Below, piece after piece: positions 16,962 to 27,629 of a stretch of DNA of 64,000 bases. Each line of letters begins with the position of its first letter. The first letter of the stretch is position 1. The position numbers and the translations under genes are program-made. Origin of the DNA: a bacterium (GTDB lineage: Bacteria; Patescibacteriota; Patescibacteriia; JACQRZ01); assembly GCA_023246095.1 (NCBI GenBank), contig JAHFJA010000001.1, forward strand, positions 1,062-65,061, read 5' to 3'. Under the pieces are notes generated by a model. The model was given only the letters and a program-made list of their open reading frames with translations, was not told where the DNA came from and made no database searches.

Positions 16962-17483
16962 TTATTTCTCAGCCTTTTTCCTCATGAATAACATTGCAAA
17001 AATCGGACCCAACATCCATATCGAACGCGGGAGAGGTGAGGTAAAAAACTGCGTTGCGACAGGACTATTGAGTGATTCCTGGGGAAGAAACATCAAAATA
17101 CTACTCATCAGTAACCCAACCTGAAACGCACTAAGGATGATGGCATGAATCCAGGAATGTCCGCCATCCGCCCGAAGCGCCATATTGTGGGAAAACAAAA
17201 CATATAATGTCAAAAATCCCACAACAAAGATGCCTAACTGATACATGAAAAACTGTGCGGGCTGTACCACAGAGAGCCAATCCTTAATCGCAGGGGTGAG
17301 CATGGTGACAGCTAAGGCAGAATAGATACTGATGAGTACAACCGTCAGACGCTCGCGACTTGCGAAAAAAGAATAAATAACTACCGCCAAGAAATAAAAC
17401 AAAATTAAAAATGTGTCCCAACTGGGATTACTGAGATTGATCAATGCCGAGTTCACGTTAACGTTCACCAGCGGCGTAAGCAT
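16962..17483 (-). CDS. Membrane protein
   Basis: About five transmembrane segments. Confidence 0.7.
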   Translation of the reverse strand: MLTPLVNVNVNSALINLSNPSWDTFLILFYFLAVVIYSFFASRERLTVVLISIYSALAVTMLTPAIKDWLSVVQPAQFFMYQLGIFVVGFLTLYVLFSHNMALRADGGHSWIHAIILSAFQVGLLMSSILMFLPQESLNSPVATQFFTSPLPRSIWMLGPIFAMLFMRKKAEK

Positions 17484-17556
17484 GATAGTAGCAGAAAATG
17501 ATTTTTGTACCTATATAGTATATCATGGACAACAAACAATGTGATATCCACACCTC

Positions 17557-19227
17557 CTAATATGAAATCAACAACCCAAAACCTGTAGTATCTCCCGTTA
17601 TCTTCAAAGTTTTTAATAGCGGCGCAGTCATGACCTCACCTGCCAATTTATGTAAACCATCAAACGTTACTGGATTGTGTTTTGTATCAAATGTAATTTC
17701 AAAAGAGTGCGTTCCCACGTCCCCTCTTCCTGCCCTTTGTGTCAAATAAAACGTATGGAGCAAAGACCCGTTTCCACTTTGGTCTGAATCAAGATACTGT
17801 CTCAACCCGGCATCTTCCCTATCGAAGGTAAATCCCGCCAACGCAGTGAGTAACGTCGCATACTGATTTCGTTCAGATGACTGTAAGGTTTCAATAAAAC
17901 TTCCGCCTTCTTTTTTTACCATATAATCTTTGAGGGTGTCGCGATAGATTAAAACTGTATATTCTGTCGCACCCATCCGATCGAGCCCCAGACCCAGAAA
18001 CAGCCGATCTATAGGTGTCAAATGATGATCGTTAAGCAAGTTCACTTGCTCCTGAAGATACGGCTCCCCCAGTGAGGCAAGGCCAAATGCCGACTGTGCA
18101 CGCAGCGACGCAGTGGAATTAGGTGAAAAATATATTGACCGAAAATACGCTTTAAGATCCTCGGCGGGCAACCATGTCGGATCAGTATACGCAATCAATG
18201 CAAGTAGCTCTGTGATAGACAGATCATTATCCGAATAAAAAACCGATGGTAGTTGTTCTGTGTCTGTTGATTGTGTGTCGGACACCGACACTGGTTGTGT
18301 AAGCCTTGATGTCCCTGTTCCGACATGCTCAAAAAACGCTTTCATGACATGAGCAGAAACAATACCATGCACATCATCTCGATCTTGAAAATGCAGCAAT
18401 GCCCGTTCCCATAATGATGAAATACTCTTGGGAATGATAAAAATATCCATATCTGAAAGCAGAGGCAAGCGATCAAACGGAATTGCGTCAACAAGTGATA
18501 ATGGCACAACACCATGATTTTGATCCTCATTGAGGGGAGGCGGAGAATTCAGTGGCTTACTTACGGGATAGAATCTGAATGTATCTTGTGCGAGCCTTTG
18601 TTGTGCTTCACGACTTACATCTTGAGTACTTGCATTTTCTGAAGCAATAGATGGGTGTATTGCTTCATATCCCCACTTATACAGCCTATTTACCTGGGTA
18701 TCTCCCACCTTATATGAGGTCGGCAATCGAAAATGATAAATATTCCCCTCAATAAAAGGTTCCTTTGGTTTTATCCGTATCTCACGCGGAGTAGTAGAAA
18801 CGACATCATACGCAAACACGGGATCAAGTACAAGACGAAACAACACTGCCTCAGTATCCATATCCACTTTACTAGTAAGAGAAATCTCGGACTGCAATCC
18901 CATGCCTTTTTCATCAAATTCGACTGGTTTTAAATAGAAATTATCTTCCCCTACTTCTTTGGGCACCACAACATCACCAATCTTTTTTTCGACAGGGACA
19001 GGAGTGGGAACAACAGGCTCAATGGAAGGAACAAATGGCACTGACGCCGTTTTTTTAGGTAACAAAAAAAGAAGCTGTGAACTTCCCAATATAACACCAA
19101 CGACAATTACCACGAGTACACTAATCCCCACCAAGACAACAACAACATTTCTCTTCCACCAATGGCGAGAAATAAGATTAGGTGCAGGAGTGTGAGGCCC
19201 TTGCACAGGAGGAGGTGTTGACAGCAT
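17557..19227 (-). CDS. Membrane-anchored protein with Ig-like domain and helical region resembling the bacterial alpha-2-macroglobulin C-terminus
   Basis: N-terminal TM; IRIKPKEPFIEGNIYHF Ig-like segment; AFGLASLGEPYL..LFLGLGL helical pattern. Confidence 0.45.
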   Translation of the reverse strand: MLSTPPPVQGPHTPAPNLISRHWWKRNVVVVLVGISVLVVIVVGVILGSSQLLFLLPKKTASVPFVPSIEPVVPTPVPVEKKIGDVVVPKEVGEDNFYLKPVEFDEKGMGLQSEISLTSKVDMDTEAVLFRLVLDPVFAYDVVSTTPREIRIKPKEPFIEGNIYHFRLPTSYKVGDTQVNRLYKWGYEAIHPSIASENASTQDVSREAQQRLAQDTFRFYPVSKPLNSPPPLNEDQNHGVVPLSLVDAIPFDRLPLLSDMDIFIIPKSISSLWERALLHFQDRDDVHGIVSAHVMKAFFEHVGTGTSRLTQPVSVSDTQSTDTEQLPSVFYSDNDLSITELLALIAYTDPTWLPAEDLKAYFRSIYFSPNSTASLRAQSAFGLASLGEPYLQEQVNLLNDHHLTPIDRLFLGLGLDRMGATEYTVLIYRDTLKDYMVKKEGGSFIETLQSSERNQYATLLTALAGFTFDREDAGLRQYLDSDQSGNGSLLHTFYLTQRAGRGDVGTHSFEITFDTKHNPVTFDGLHKLAGEVMTAPLLKTLKITGDTTGFGLLISY

Positions 19228-19248
19228 GGGAGTGAAAAAATTCTTCCC

Positions 19249-20316
19249 TTAAAGCTTTTCGTTGCGTAATTTCTCTAAGAGTGAACGTTGAGAACGAGAA
19301 ATGTGCTTGGGCACAATGATGTCGGTATGTACCAACAAGTCACCTCGCCCACTGCGGTTGGTGTAGGGTACCCCAAGACCTCGCAAGCGGAACATCGTAC
19401 CCGTTGCTGTCCCTGCGGGAATCTGAACTTCATACGTTCCATCGGGCGCTGATACGTTTATTGTATCACCTAACACTGCTTGGGTAAACGCAATCGGAAC
19501 ACGTGTTATCAAATCGTTACCTTGGCGAGTAAAAATTTTATCAGGTCTCACGCGGATTGTCAGATACAAATCACCAGCAGCTGCACCATACAATCCTGCA
19601 TTTCCTTGACCCACCAATCGCAATAGTGAACCATCGGCAATACCAGCAGGAATATTTACTTCCAATGAAGAACGATCACGGGTCACTCCTGGACCATTAC
19701 ATATCTTGCACACCTGTTTTGGTTTGCGACCTTGGCCTTTACAGTCGGGGCAAGGAGTCGCTGTTTGGATATTTCCAATAAATGTCCGGTGAATACCTAT
19801 AATCTGTCCCGATCCTTGGCATCGACTACACGTTTCAATCGGTGTCCCCGGTTCGGCTCCTCGTCCTTCGCAATGTTTGCACGCAATCGTTCTCACTGCG
19901 CCCACTTCTCTTTTTGCGCCAAACAAAGAATCACGGAAATCGATTGTTAATTCCATAGCCAAGTCTTCTCCTTTGGGAACTCCTTGTTTTTTACGTCCTC
20001 CACCAAATCCAAAAAAATCTCCAAACATGTCGCCCAGATCATTCATATCCACATTAAATCCTTGACCCCCCATATCGCCCCATGGCGAAGCACCCGCACT
20101 CCCTTGCGAGAATGCGGCGTGGCCATATTGGTCGTACTGAGCCCGTTTCTGTGTATCCGAAAGTACTTGGTACGCTTCATTCAACTCTTTGAACTTAGCC
20201 TCATCTCCTCCCTTTTTATCGGGATGATGTTTATGGGCTTGCGTACGAAATGCTTTTTTTACCTCATCAGCAGATGCGGATTTTGAAACGCCAAGAATTT
20301 CGTAATAGTCTTTCAT
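19249..20316 (-). CDS. dnaJ: Chaperone DnaJ
   Basis: J-domain HPD, G/F region, four CxxCxG repeats. Confidence 0.97.
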   Translation of the reverse strand: MKDYYEILGVSKSASADEVKKAFRTQAHKHHPDKKGGDEAKFKELNEAYQVLSDTQKRAQYDQYGHAAFSQGSAGASPWGDMGGQGFNVDMNDLGDMFGDFFGFGGGRKKQGVPKGEDLAMELTIDFRDSLFGAKREVGAVRTIACKHCEGRGAEPGTPIETCSRCQGSGQIIGIHRTFIGNIQTATPCPDCKGQGRKPKQVCKICNGPGVTRDRSSLEVNIPAGIADGSLLRLVGQGNAGLYGAAAGDLYLTIRVRPDKIFTRQGNDLITRVPIAFTQAVLGDTINVSAPDGTYEVQIPAGTATGTMFRLRGLGVPYTNRSGRGDLLVHTDIIVPKHISRSQRSLLEKLRNEKL

Positions 20317-22253
20317 TATTCTTCTTTTTTCGTAAATTCAGCGTCTACTGCTTCGTTTGGATTAGCTTGACCTTGCGCGCCTGGCTCTGGATTAGCCTGG
20401 GCAGAACCGTCTGTCGTGTTTTCCGCCCCTGGAGGAGGTGTCTGAGTTGCGGCATCTTGCTTATACATAGCCTCACCTACTTTTGACAACACTTCATTGA
20501 GCTGGTCAGATGCCGCGGCGATTGCAGCTCCATCAGTCCCTTCTTTCAGCGTTTTGAGATTGTCGATCTTTTCTTGTACTGCTTTTCGAATATCTTCCGG
20601 AACTTTTTCGCCGTGTTCCTTCATTACTTTTTCGGCTTGATATACAAGACTCTCTGCATTGTTTTTCGCTTCGATAAGTTCGCGCTTCTGTTTATCTTCC
20701 TCGGCATGAAGTTCTGCCTCTTGAGTCATGCGCTGTACTTCCTGATCAGAAAGTGATGTTGATGCGGTGATGGTAATTTTTTGTTCTTTACCTGTTGTCT
20801 TTTCTTTCGCTGAAACGTTCAATATACCGTTTGCGTCGATATCAAATGAAACTTCAACCTGTGGTACGCCACGCGGTGAAGGAGGAATGCCATCAAGAAT
20901 AAATCTCCCCAACGTTTTGTTGTCAGCTGCCATTTCGCGTTCACCTTGAACGACATTGATTTCAACCGATGTTTGGTTATCAGCCGCAGTAGAAAATATC
21001 TGAGACTTGGATGTCGGGATTGTCGTATTGCGTTCAATGATTTTTGTCGCAACTCCTCCCAATGTTTCAAGACCGACAGAAAGCGGCGTAACGTCGAGTA
21101 AAAGTACATCACGCACTTCTCCTTGTAATACACCTGCCTGTACTGCGGCACCGATTGCTACCACTTCGTCAGGGTTTACTGATGAATTCGGCTTCTTGCC
21201 AAAAAATTCTTCTACCATCTGCTGAATCAATGGCATACGTGTCATTCCACCAACCAAAATTACTTCATTGATATCTTTGTTTGTAAGTCCAGCGTCTTTA
21301 AGCGCATTACGGCACGGTTCAAGTGATTTTTGAACAAGCTCGCGAACCAATTCTTCCAACTTTGCGCGAGTCATCGTAAGTACCAAGTGCTTTGGACCGG
21401 CTGCATCAGAAGTGATAAAGGGCTGATTGATCTCAGTCTGCATCGACGATGAAAGCTCATGTTTTGCTTTTTCTGCAGCTTCCTTAAGACGTTGCAATGA
21501 AAGCTGATCCTTTGAAAGATCAATACCGTGCTCCTTTTTAAATTCATCAATAATCCAATGAATAATACGCTGGTCAAAATCATCACCACCAAGATGCGTA
21601 TCACCATTAGTCGCCTTAACCTCTACGGTGTCGGCTGCCACTTCAAGGACTGATACGTCAAATGTTCCACCTCCCATGTCATAGACAACAATCTTTTCGT
21701 CTTTTTTCTTGTTAAATCCATACGCAAGTGCTGCGGCGGTTGGTTCATTGATGATACGTTTCACATCAAGACCCGCAATTTTCCCCGCATCCTTGGTTGC
21801 TTGGCGCTGTGAGTCGTCAAAATAAGCAGGTACGGTGATGACCGCTTCGGTGATTTTTTCACCCAGACGTTCTTCGGCATCGCTCTTTAATTTTTGTAAA
21901 ATCATTGCTGAAAGTTCCTGTGGTGAATATTCTTTTCCTCCCATGGCAACCTTCAATGCATCACCGCTCTTTACTATTTTGTAAGACATCAAAGCAAGAT
22001 CCTTTTGTACTTCTGGGTCTTCAAAACGGCGTCCGATTAAACGCTTCACCGATGCAATAGTATTTTCAGGATTCGTTACCGCCTGGCGCTTGGCAAGCAA
22101 CCCAACCATGCGTTCTCCTGCTTTGGTTACCGCAACAACCGATGGAGTAGTGCGATTACCTTCTTTATTCTCAATAACGCGAGGCTCTCCTCCTTCGATC
22201 ACGGCCATACATGAATTCGTAGTACCGAGATCGATTCCGAGTATCTTTGACAT
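20316..22253 (-). CDS. dnaK: Chaperone DnaK
   Basis: [29 protein letters not shown]. Confidence 0.99.
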   Translation of the reverse strand: MSKILGIDLGTTNSCMAVIEGGEPRVIENKEGNRTTPSVVAVTKAGERMVGLLAKRQAVTNPENTIASVKRLIGRRFEDPEVQKDLALMSYKIVKSGDALKVAMGGKEYSPQELSAMILQKLKSDAEERLGEKITEAVITVPAYFDDSQRQATKDAGKIAGLDVKRIINEPTAAALAYGFNKKKDEKIVVYDMGGGTFDVSVLEVAADTVEVKATNGDTHLGGDDFDQRIIHWIIDEFKKEHGIDLSKDQLSLQRLKEAAEKAKHELSSSMQTEINQPFITSDAAGPKHLVLTMTRAKLEELVRELVQKSLEPCRNALKDAGLTNKDINEVILVGGMTRMPLIQQMVEEFFGKKPNSSVNPDEVVAIGAAVQAGVLQGEVRDVLLLDVTPLSVGLETLGGVATKIIERNTTIPTSKSQIFSTAADNQTSVEINVVQGEREMAADNKTLGRFILDGIPPSPRGVPQVEVSFDIDANGILNVSAKEKTTGKEQKITITASTSLSDQEVQRMTQEAELHAEEDKQKRELIEAKNNAESLVYQAEKVMKEHGEKVPEDIRKAVQEKIDNLKTLKEGTDGAAIAAASDQLNEVLSKVGEAMYKQDAATQTPPPGAENTTDGSAQANPEPGAQGQANPNEAVDAEFTKKEE

Positions 22254-22350
22254 ACAGTCGTGTTAGATTACTAGTTAATGAAAACCTTGATTATGGTCGA
22301 TAGGTTCTCGATCCGAGAGGCATCAAACGATTCCTCCCGTGTTCGAGCTC

Positions 22351-22818
22351 CTATTTCTTTCCTTTCTTCAATGTTGGCTGCGTTTTCAATGCGACTTTTT
22401 TTACTTCGATCTTCTTTGCTTTTACTTGAGCAGCTTTTGGCATCGTGACTTTCAACACTCCATTTTCAAACTGCGCTTCAGTTTTGTCTCCCATCACATG
22501 GGTAGGTAATGCAATCTGTCGATAAAAACTTCCGGTATGCACTTCCTTGCGCCAATAATCCTTCTCCTGTACTTCGGATTTCTTTTCCATACTTCCTTTA
22601 ATCGTCAGGACGTCATTTTCAATGGAGATATCAACATCATCAGGGTCAACACCCGCGAGAGGCGTCTCTACCACCACACTATCATCTGTTTGATAAAGAT
22701 CGATATCGGGCACGAATCCCTTTTGTGACACCAAACCCTCGCTTTTTGGAAAGTCGCGCATCATGCGCTCCATCTCCTCGTCGAACGGCCACATGGGTGA
22801 CCAGCGAATTAACGCCAT
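22351..22818 (-). CDS. Hsp20/alpha-crystallin small heat-shock protein
   Basis: GSFYRQIALP..AQFENGVLKVTMPK. Confidence 0.93.
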   Translation of the reverse strand: MALIRWSPMWPFDEEMERMMRDFPKSEGLVSQKGFVPDIDLYQTDDSVVVETPLAGVDPDDVDISIENDVLTIKGSMEKKSEVQEKDYWRKEVHTGSFYRQIALPTHVMGDKTEAQFENGVLKVTMPKAAQVKAKKIEVKKVALKTQPTLKKGKK

Positions 22819-22829
22819 ATTATAATAAA

Positions 22830-23363
22830 TTAGGAATTAGCATGGGGATTATTAATAACCACCTTTGCCGGTGCCACCGTCCTCCCGTGGACACTATATC
22901 CTGCATTAACTTCTTTGAGAATAATACCTTCCTCTTTTGTTGGATCGACTTCCTGCGCGACCGCTTCGTGACGCATGGGGTCAAACGGCATCCCTTCTAT
23001 GCCCGTCTCTTGCTCAACACCCAACGTCTTCATCGACTCTTGTAGCTGCTTATAGATCTGCTCCACACCCTTTACCCAATCAGAGTCTGCTGTTTCCGGC
23101 GGTACATGAGAAAAAGCAAGACGAAAGCTTTCCATAACAGGAATTATTTTTACAATAGCGGAAAGACTTGCAAACTGGACCAACTCCTTCGAGCGTTTCT
23201 CTTGCTCGTTTTTATAGTTGATAAAATCGGCCTTTGCACGCTTCCAGCCGTCAAGGTAATCTTGAGCCTCTTTTTTAGCTTTTTCAAGCTCGGAAACCTC
23301 ATCCGCAACTGCCGCTGCCGGCACGTCAGATGGCTCGTCCGGAATAATAGTATTCTCTTCCAT
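22830..23363 (-). CDS. grpE: Nucleotide exchange factor GrpE
   Basis: RAKADFINYK, FDPMRHEAV, GY...GR...PAKV. Confidence 0.95.
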   Translation of the reverse strand: MEENTIIPDEPSDVPAAAVADEVSELEKAKKEAQDYLDGWKRAKADFINYKNEQEKRSKELVQFASLSAIVKIIPVMESFRLAFSHVPPETADSDWVKGVEQIYKQLQESMKTLGVEQETGIEGMPFDPMRHEAVAQEVDPTKEEGIILKEVNAGYSVHGRTVAPAKVVINNPHANS

Positions 23364-23368
23364 ACGTA

Positions 23369-24052
23369 CTAAGTATTAATAATCGTATATACTCCCTCTA
23401 GTAGTGCTTTATTAAACGCGTAATTCATACGCATTGGCCCTAAAATTCCCAAAATGCACGCGGTATTGTCCAGAGTATACCGCATCACGAGGGTACTGCA
23501 AGCACTCCCAAATCCGCTTTCAGAGCCAATATACAACGATACACCCTCTGATTGCTTCTGTAATACTCCCTCAACGACTGAATCAAGATGGTCAATGAGG
23601 CGACTAATATCGGCCAAAAGCTCCTGTTCAGCAAATTCAGGCTTCTGAACAAGGTTCGCAAGACCCGTATAATACGTATCATGCTTACCAAATGCCGCGT
23701 ACATCATTTCACCGCTACTTTCCGCCAAGTACTGTGCAAGAGATTTTACATGTTGGCGATCAAGCTCCTCTATATATGAAGCGCACTCTTGAGTTCTCTT
23801 TGTCGAAAGAGGTCGACATACGAGCTCTTTCACATATGCTCTGTATCCTTTTTCACTCGGTATGCGTCCCGCAGATGTGTGGGGCTGTTCGAGATATCCC
23901 TGTTCCTCGAGTTGTGCAAGCTCATTGCGTACCGTTGCAGGGCTTACGCTGGGCTGATGGACCGTCGCCAAATATCCGGAAGAAATAGGCTGTCCGGTAG
24001 CGATATAATGCTCAATAAGCTCAGTAAGAAGAGAATCGTGTCGAGGAGTCAT
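23369..24052 (-). CDS. hrcA: Heat-inducible repressor HrcA (compact)
   Basis: SPATVRNELA.LE..GYL.QPHTSAGRIP; LGPMRMNY. Confidence 0.93.
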   Translation of the reverse strand: MTPRHDSLLTELIEHYIATGQPISSGYLATVHQPSVSPATVRNELAQLEEQGYLEQPHTSAGRIPSEKGYRAYVKELVCRPLSTKRTQECASYIEELDRQHVKSLAQYLAESSGEMMYAAFGKHDTYYTGLANLVQKPEFAEQELLADISRLIDHLDSVVEGVLQKQSEGVSLYIGSESGFGSACSTLVMRYTLDNTACILGILGPMRMNYAFNKALLEGVYTIINT

Positions 24053-24054
24053 AT

Positions 24055-24081
24055 TTAGCACTCTTAGTATTCGACTGCTAA
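24055..24081 (-). promoter_or_regulatory. CIRCE operator
   Basis: Minus strand TTAGCAGTC-N9-GAGTGCTAA directly before the hrcA ATG; promoter TTGACA-17-TATCAT at 24086-24114. Confidence 0.93.
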
Positions 24082-24174
24082 GTGTATGATAATAGGAATG
24101 AGAGGAGGTGTCAAGAGGGGTAGAAATAATAAAAACCCCGTTTATTGGGGTTTACCATCCGTGTTTATAATGAC

Positions 24175-25170
24175 TTATTCCTCTTCAATGACCTGTAATG
24201 CTTCCACAAGTTTTGCCTTTAATGCAGGGCTTGCTTCTAATTGTTTTTTTAATGCATCCATCTTAATTTCGAGATTCTTGTATTGAGTATCGGTAGAGGC
24301 GCATTTTTCTTCTGCCACAAGTGCTCGCAGCTTCCAATATGCGCACTTGCGTATCAATTTGTCGATAATAGCAACCGCTTCGTCATTGTCGTCCTGAACA
24401 GCATTCTCAGGCCCAGACGACAGAAACTTCGAAACCGCATCCAAGGAGACAGTATCCTGCTTTTGTGCAGTATCTGGTGATGAAGGAGTCGTAGATTTTC
24501 CAGGAAAGAATATCGTCGCAGGTTTAACAACCTTCTTCAACTTTTCTTCTCGCAAAAGTTGCTTCTCAAAATTCTGAAGATCATTTTGATCGTCATTCTC
24601 CTTCTTTTCCTCATCGAGAACAATATCATCCTCATTACTATCCAAAAAATCAACCTTAACTTTCTCTTTCTCTTTGGTCGGCTCTTTCTTTGCAGGAATA
24701 GATGGAGCGACTTTCTTTATGATAACCGGCGAACTTTTATGATCATCATTGAGAACTGGATTACCCGTGACTATTGGAGTTACTTTTGCAGAACCAGTTA
24801 CCTTAGGCGTACGCTGTCTAACAAGATCGCGTATTGCCTCCGGTTTTACTATATCCTTGAGATCAAACTTCTTCTGCAACGTATCACAGATCGAGTTGAG
24901 ATACACTGCCCCTCGTTTCTGAATCGAATCTTTATCATTATGTTCTTTCACTGCATCTTCGATAGAATATCCTGAGACACAAATATTAAGTAATATTACC
25001 TGTTCTGCGGGTATAAACCAACCCTTTAGGTGAGTCAAAGTATCGCTGATGTAACTTCGCACCCTTGTCTTTTCATCCCCTGTAAGTTCTTCCCGTTCTT
25101 TCTTTTCCCCCAAATCTTTCTTTGTTTTTTCTTCCTTTCCCTTTTCTTTCTTTTTACTCCTGTCGCCCAC
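24175..25170 (-). CDS. Charged low-complexity hypothetical protein (GTG start inferred)
   Basis: Long ORF; GAGAGGTG SD before GTG at 25170; own promoter. Confidence 0.6.
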   Translation of the reverse strand: MGDRSKKKEKGKEEKTKKDLGEKKEREELTGDEKTRVRSYISDTLTHLKGWFIPAEQVILLNICVSGYSIEDAVKEHNDKDSIQKRGAVYLNSICDTLQKKFDLKDIVKPEAIRDLVRQRTPKVTGSAKVTPIVTGNPVLNDDHKSSPVIIKKVAPSIPAKKEPTKEKEKVKVDFLDSNEDDIVLDEEKKENDDQNDLQNFEKQLLREEKLKKVVKPATIFFPGKSTTPSSPDTAQKQDTVSLDAVSKFLSSGPENAVQDDNDEAVAIIDKLIRKCAYWKLRALVAEEKCASTDTQYKNLEIKMDALKKQLEASPALKAKLVEALQVIEEE

Positions 25171-25382
25171 TGAACACCTCTCTTTCTTAATAATAATTTG
25201 TACAAGGTACATGCCGCTAGACTATGATATCTTCGAAAGAATGTCAATCGTTCTCTGTGATCCAATAAATTAAAGACCCCTATTCATGTAGAGCTAAAAA
25301 ACCACTTTAAAAAATAAACCCCAAATTTGCAACAATTGCAGATCTGGGGTTTATTAATTTGCGACAAAATTTTTGCTGTCCC

Positions 25383-25928
25383 CTACTCTACCTCCTCAAA
25401 CTTCTTTTTCTGTGCAATGCCTTCCAAAAACTTTTTCACCCCCAAGCCATCGTGCTTGTCAGCACGGAGAAGTTGGGTATACAATTCCTTTGCTTTTTCT
25501 GGGTGGGCTGATCGATAGCTCAAATGCGCAAGCCCGAATAAAGTGCGTATGATAGGCCGGTCTTCTTTTTTTGACCAGTCGAGTCGTTTTGGTAATCGAC
25601 CTTCAAAATGCCGATCAAGCATGTACTGAGCTTCGTGATACCAACGCGTCGCATCAAAAAAATCTTTGTGAGCCAGACTGATCGCGCCCATACCGTTATG
25701 CGCTTCGATCACATCAAAAAACCCGATCTTGGGATCATCTTCATTGTTGAGCACTTCCTGAAAATGCTCTTCTGCCCTCTCATAGTTGCCCACTTCATAA
25801 GCCCCCCATCCTTCGGCAACTATATGGCCATATTTTGTAATAAGTAGTGCAGCAAACATATCGTAGATCGTAGGTATGTCCTTTTGGATAATATCTGTTA
25901 GTATATCACTAATATATTCACTATGCAC
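25383..25928 (-). CDS. TPR-like protein (true start probably downstream, near 25859)
   Basis: GNYERAEEHFQEVL and EAHNGMGAI TPR-like helices. Confidence 0.65.
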   Translation of the reverse strand: MHSEYISDILTDIIQKDIPTIYDMFAALLITKYGHIVAEGWGAYEVGNYERAEEHFQEVLNNEDDPKIGFFDVIEAHNGMGAISLAHKDFFDATRWYHEAQYMLDRHFEGRLPKRLDWSKKEDRPIIRTLFGLAHLSYRSAHPEKAKELYTQLLRADKHDGLGVKKFLEGIAQKKKFEEVE

Positions 25929-26465
25929 ATTGTCGATAAACTATGGGTGGATAACCACCTCGACACACTCCTCTCTGCCATAAAACGCGGCGATATTCTG
26001 ATATATCCAACCGACACGATCTATGGTATCGGTTGCGACGCCTTTAATACCACAAGCATTGAAACTCTTCGTGCATTAAAGCAACGCCCTGACAAACCTT
26101 TTTCCATCATCGCGCCCTCCAAGAAATGGGTTGACGAGCATTTTTTCGTTCCCCAAGAAGCGCTCGATATGCTTCCTGGCCCTATTACACTTATTCTTGA
26201 ACCAAAAGACACCGCAATGTTTTCCCCAGCGATCAATCCAAATGGCAACAGTATTGGCGTCCGCATTCCCGATCATTGGTTTAGTGAAATCATTCAAAAA
26301 ACAGGTATCCCTTTCATCACCACGTCGGTCAACTTGTCCGATAATCCTCACATGACTTCTCTTGATGATATCCCAGCTTCTTTTCAAAAATCTGTTACCT
26401 TTTGTGTTTATGAGAGCCCAATAAACGGTGTGTCGAGTAAAAAATTTGATTTCACAAATTGCTAG
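25923..26465 (+). CDS. tsaC: Threonylcarbamoyl-AMP synthase (Sua5/YrdC)
   Basis: YPTDTIYGIGCDA, LKQR..KP, LPGPIT, GVRIP, TTSVNLS. Confidence 0.92.
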   Translation: MHIVDKLWVDNHLDTLLSAIKRGDILIYPTDTIYGIGCDAFNTTSIETLRALKQRPDKPFSIIAPSKKWVDEHFFVPQEALDMLPGPITLILEPKDTAMFSPAINPNGNSIGVRIPDHWFSEIIQKTGIPFITTSVNLSDNPHMTSLDDIPASFQKSVTFCVYESPINGVSSKKFDFTNC

Positions 26466-26517
26466 CAAATAATAAAGCACCATCCTATTTCAAGACAGTG
26501 CTTTTGCATTTTCACTT

Positions 26518-27021
26518 TCAAAGCCAATTTTTTCTCTTACCCATAATGAATTCTAAAATCTTCTCTAAAGTGCCTTTATAGGTGGAACTTGCATGATGCT
26601 CAGGACGCTCATAGATGAAATCTATTACCGCATGTATCTTTCTAGATTCCAGATACTCCATGACTTCATCAATCCGAACCTGGTCCCCGTTCATATACTC
26701 AACAACCACAGGTTTGATAGGTGCGGCATCAAGATACGGCATTGTCTGTTTAATTACATCAATGGTGTATTCTTCATGATTGGAAGAGTATAACGCCATT
26801 ATACGAAGCTGTATTTCGTTGAATGTTTCGATGATGATGGGAACCTCTCCTGCGTGTGGCTTAGCCGCTCGCATGAGGCGCAAAAGAGCAAATAAATCTT
26901 TTGGTTTATTCTCTGCGTCAAGCAGTACTTTCCTCAAAAAGGACAATTGTGGTGGATCGTGCTTATCGACTTCAAATATCTTTGGGTATTCCTGAATTAG
27001 ATTCAGTAGTTGGGCTTTCAT
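26518..27021 (-). CDS. Hypothetical protein
   Basis: 167-aa ORF with SD and promoter. Confidence 0.6.
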   Translation of the reverse strand: MKAQLLNLIQEYPKIFEVDKHDPPQLSFLRKVLLDAENKPKDLFALLRLMRAAKPHAGEVPIIIETFNEIQLRIMALYSSNHEEYTIDVIKQTMPYLDAAPIKPVVVEYMNGDQVRIDEVMEYLESRKIHAVIDFIYERPEHHASSTYKGTLEKILEFIMGKRKNWL

Positions 27022-27116
27022 TGTTGTTCTCCCTTTTCAATGTTCTGCCATTACATTGGTTCTACTTATAACACAAAAACTAGGTACAGTCAACACCACC
27101 TCTGGGGCACTATCAC

Positions 27117-27539
27117 CTAACTTCCTATCTCTTTCAGTAGCTCAGATAACTGAAGGACCATGGAGTGCTTAGACTCAGGAATGACTTCCTCAGAAAGGAG
27201 TTCTGCTTTTTCAATCTTCTCTAACAGCAGACGTCGTCCACCCGGAGCCATTGAAACGTAACTTACTCGTGCGTCTCTAGAGTCGGTCTCTCTTGCAATT
27301 AAGCCAATCTTTTCCATGGGAGCAAGAAGGCGTGTTACGCCCGACGCAGTAAGTCCTATCTTGTCAGCCAGATCAACCCTTCTGAGTTTTCCATCTTCGG
27401 CCTGACTAAGATAATAAAGAATCATAAAATCACTAAAACCGATTCCACCGCCAAGCCTACTATCAAACCGACGAGACATGACTGACTCAGCTCTAGAGAG
27501 ATCTAACAAACATTGCAATGATGGTTTTATTGGAGACAT
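27117..27539 (-). CDS. MarR-family transcriptional regulator
   Basis: DLADKIGLTASGVTRLL..MEK.GLI.R....DAR. Confidence 0.9.
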   Translation of the reverse strand: MSPIKPSLQCLLDLSRAESVMSRRFDSRLGGGIGFSDFMILYYLSQAEDGKLRRVDLADKIGLTASGVTRLLAPMEKIGLIARETDSRDARVSYVSMAPGGRRLLLEKIEKAELLSEEVIPESKHSMVLQLSELLKEIGS

Positions 27540-27629
27540 AATACAAATAATTGATATATACTTGACATATCAAGTATATCACCACCTTGATACATATGTA
27601 AAGCCGATTAGCGGGAAAATGTACTCAGA

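Noticed and set aside
25859-25928. Head-to-head overlap of the TPR gene and tsaC
   Set aside because: More simply explained by an over-extended start call
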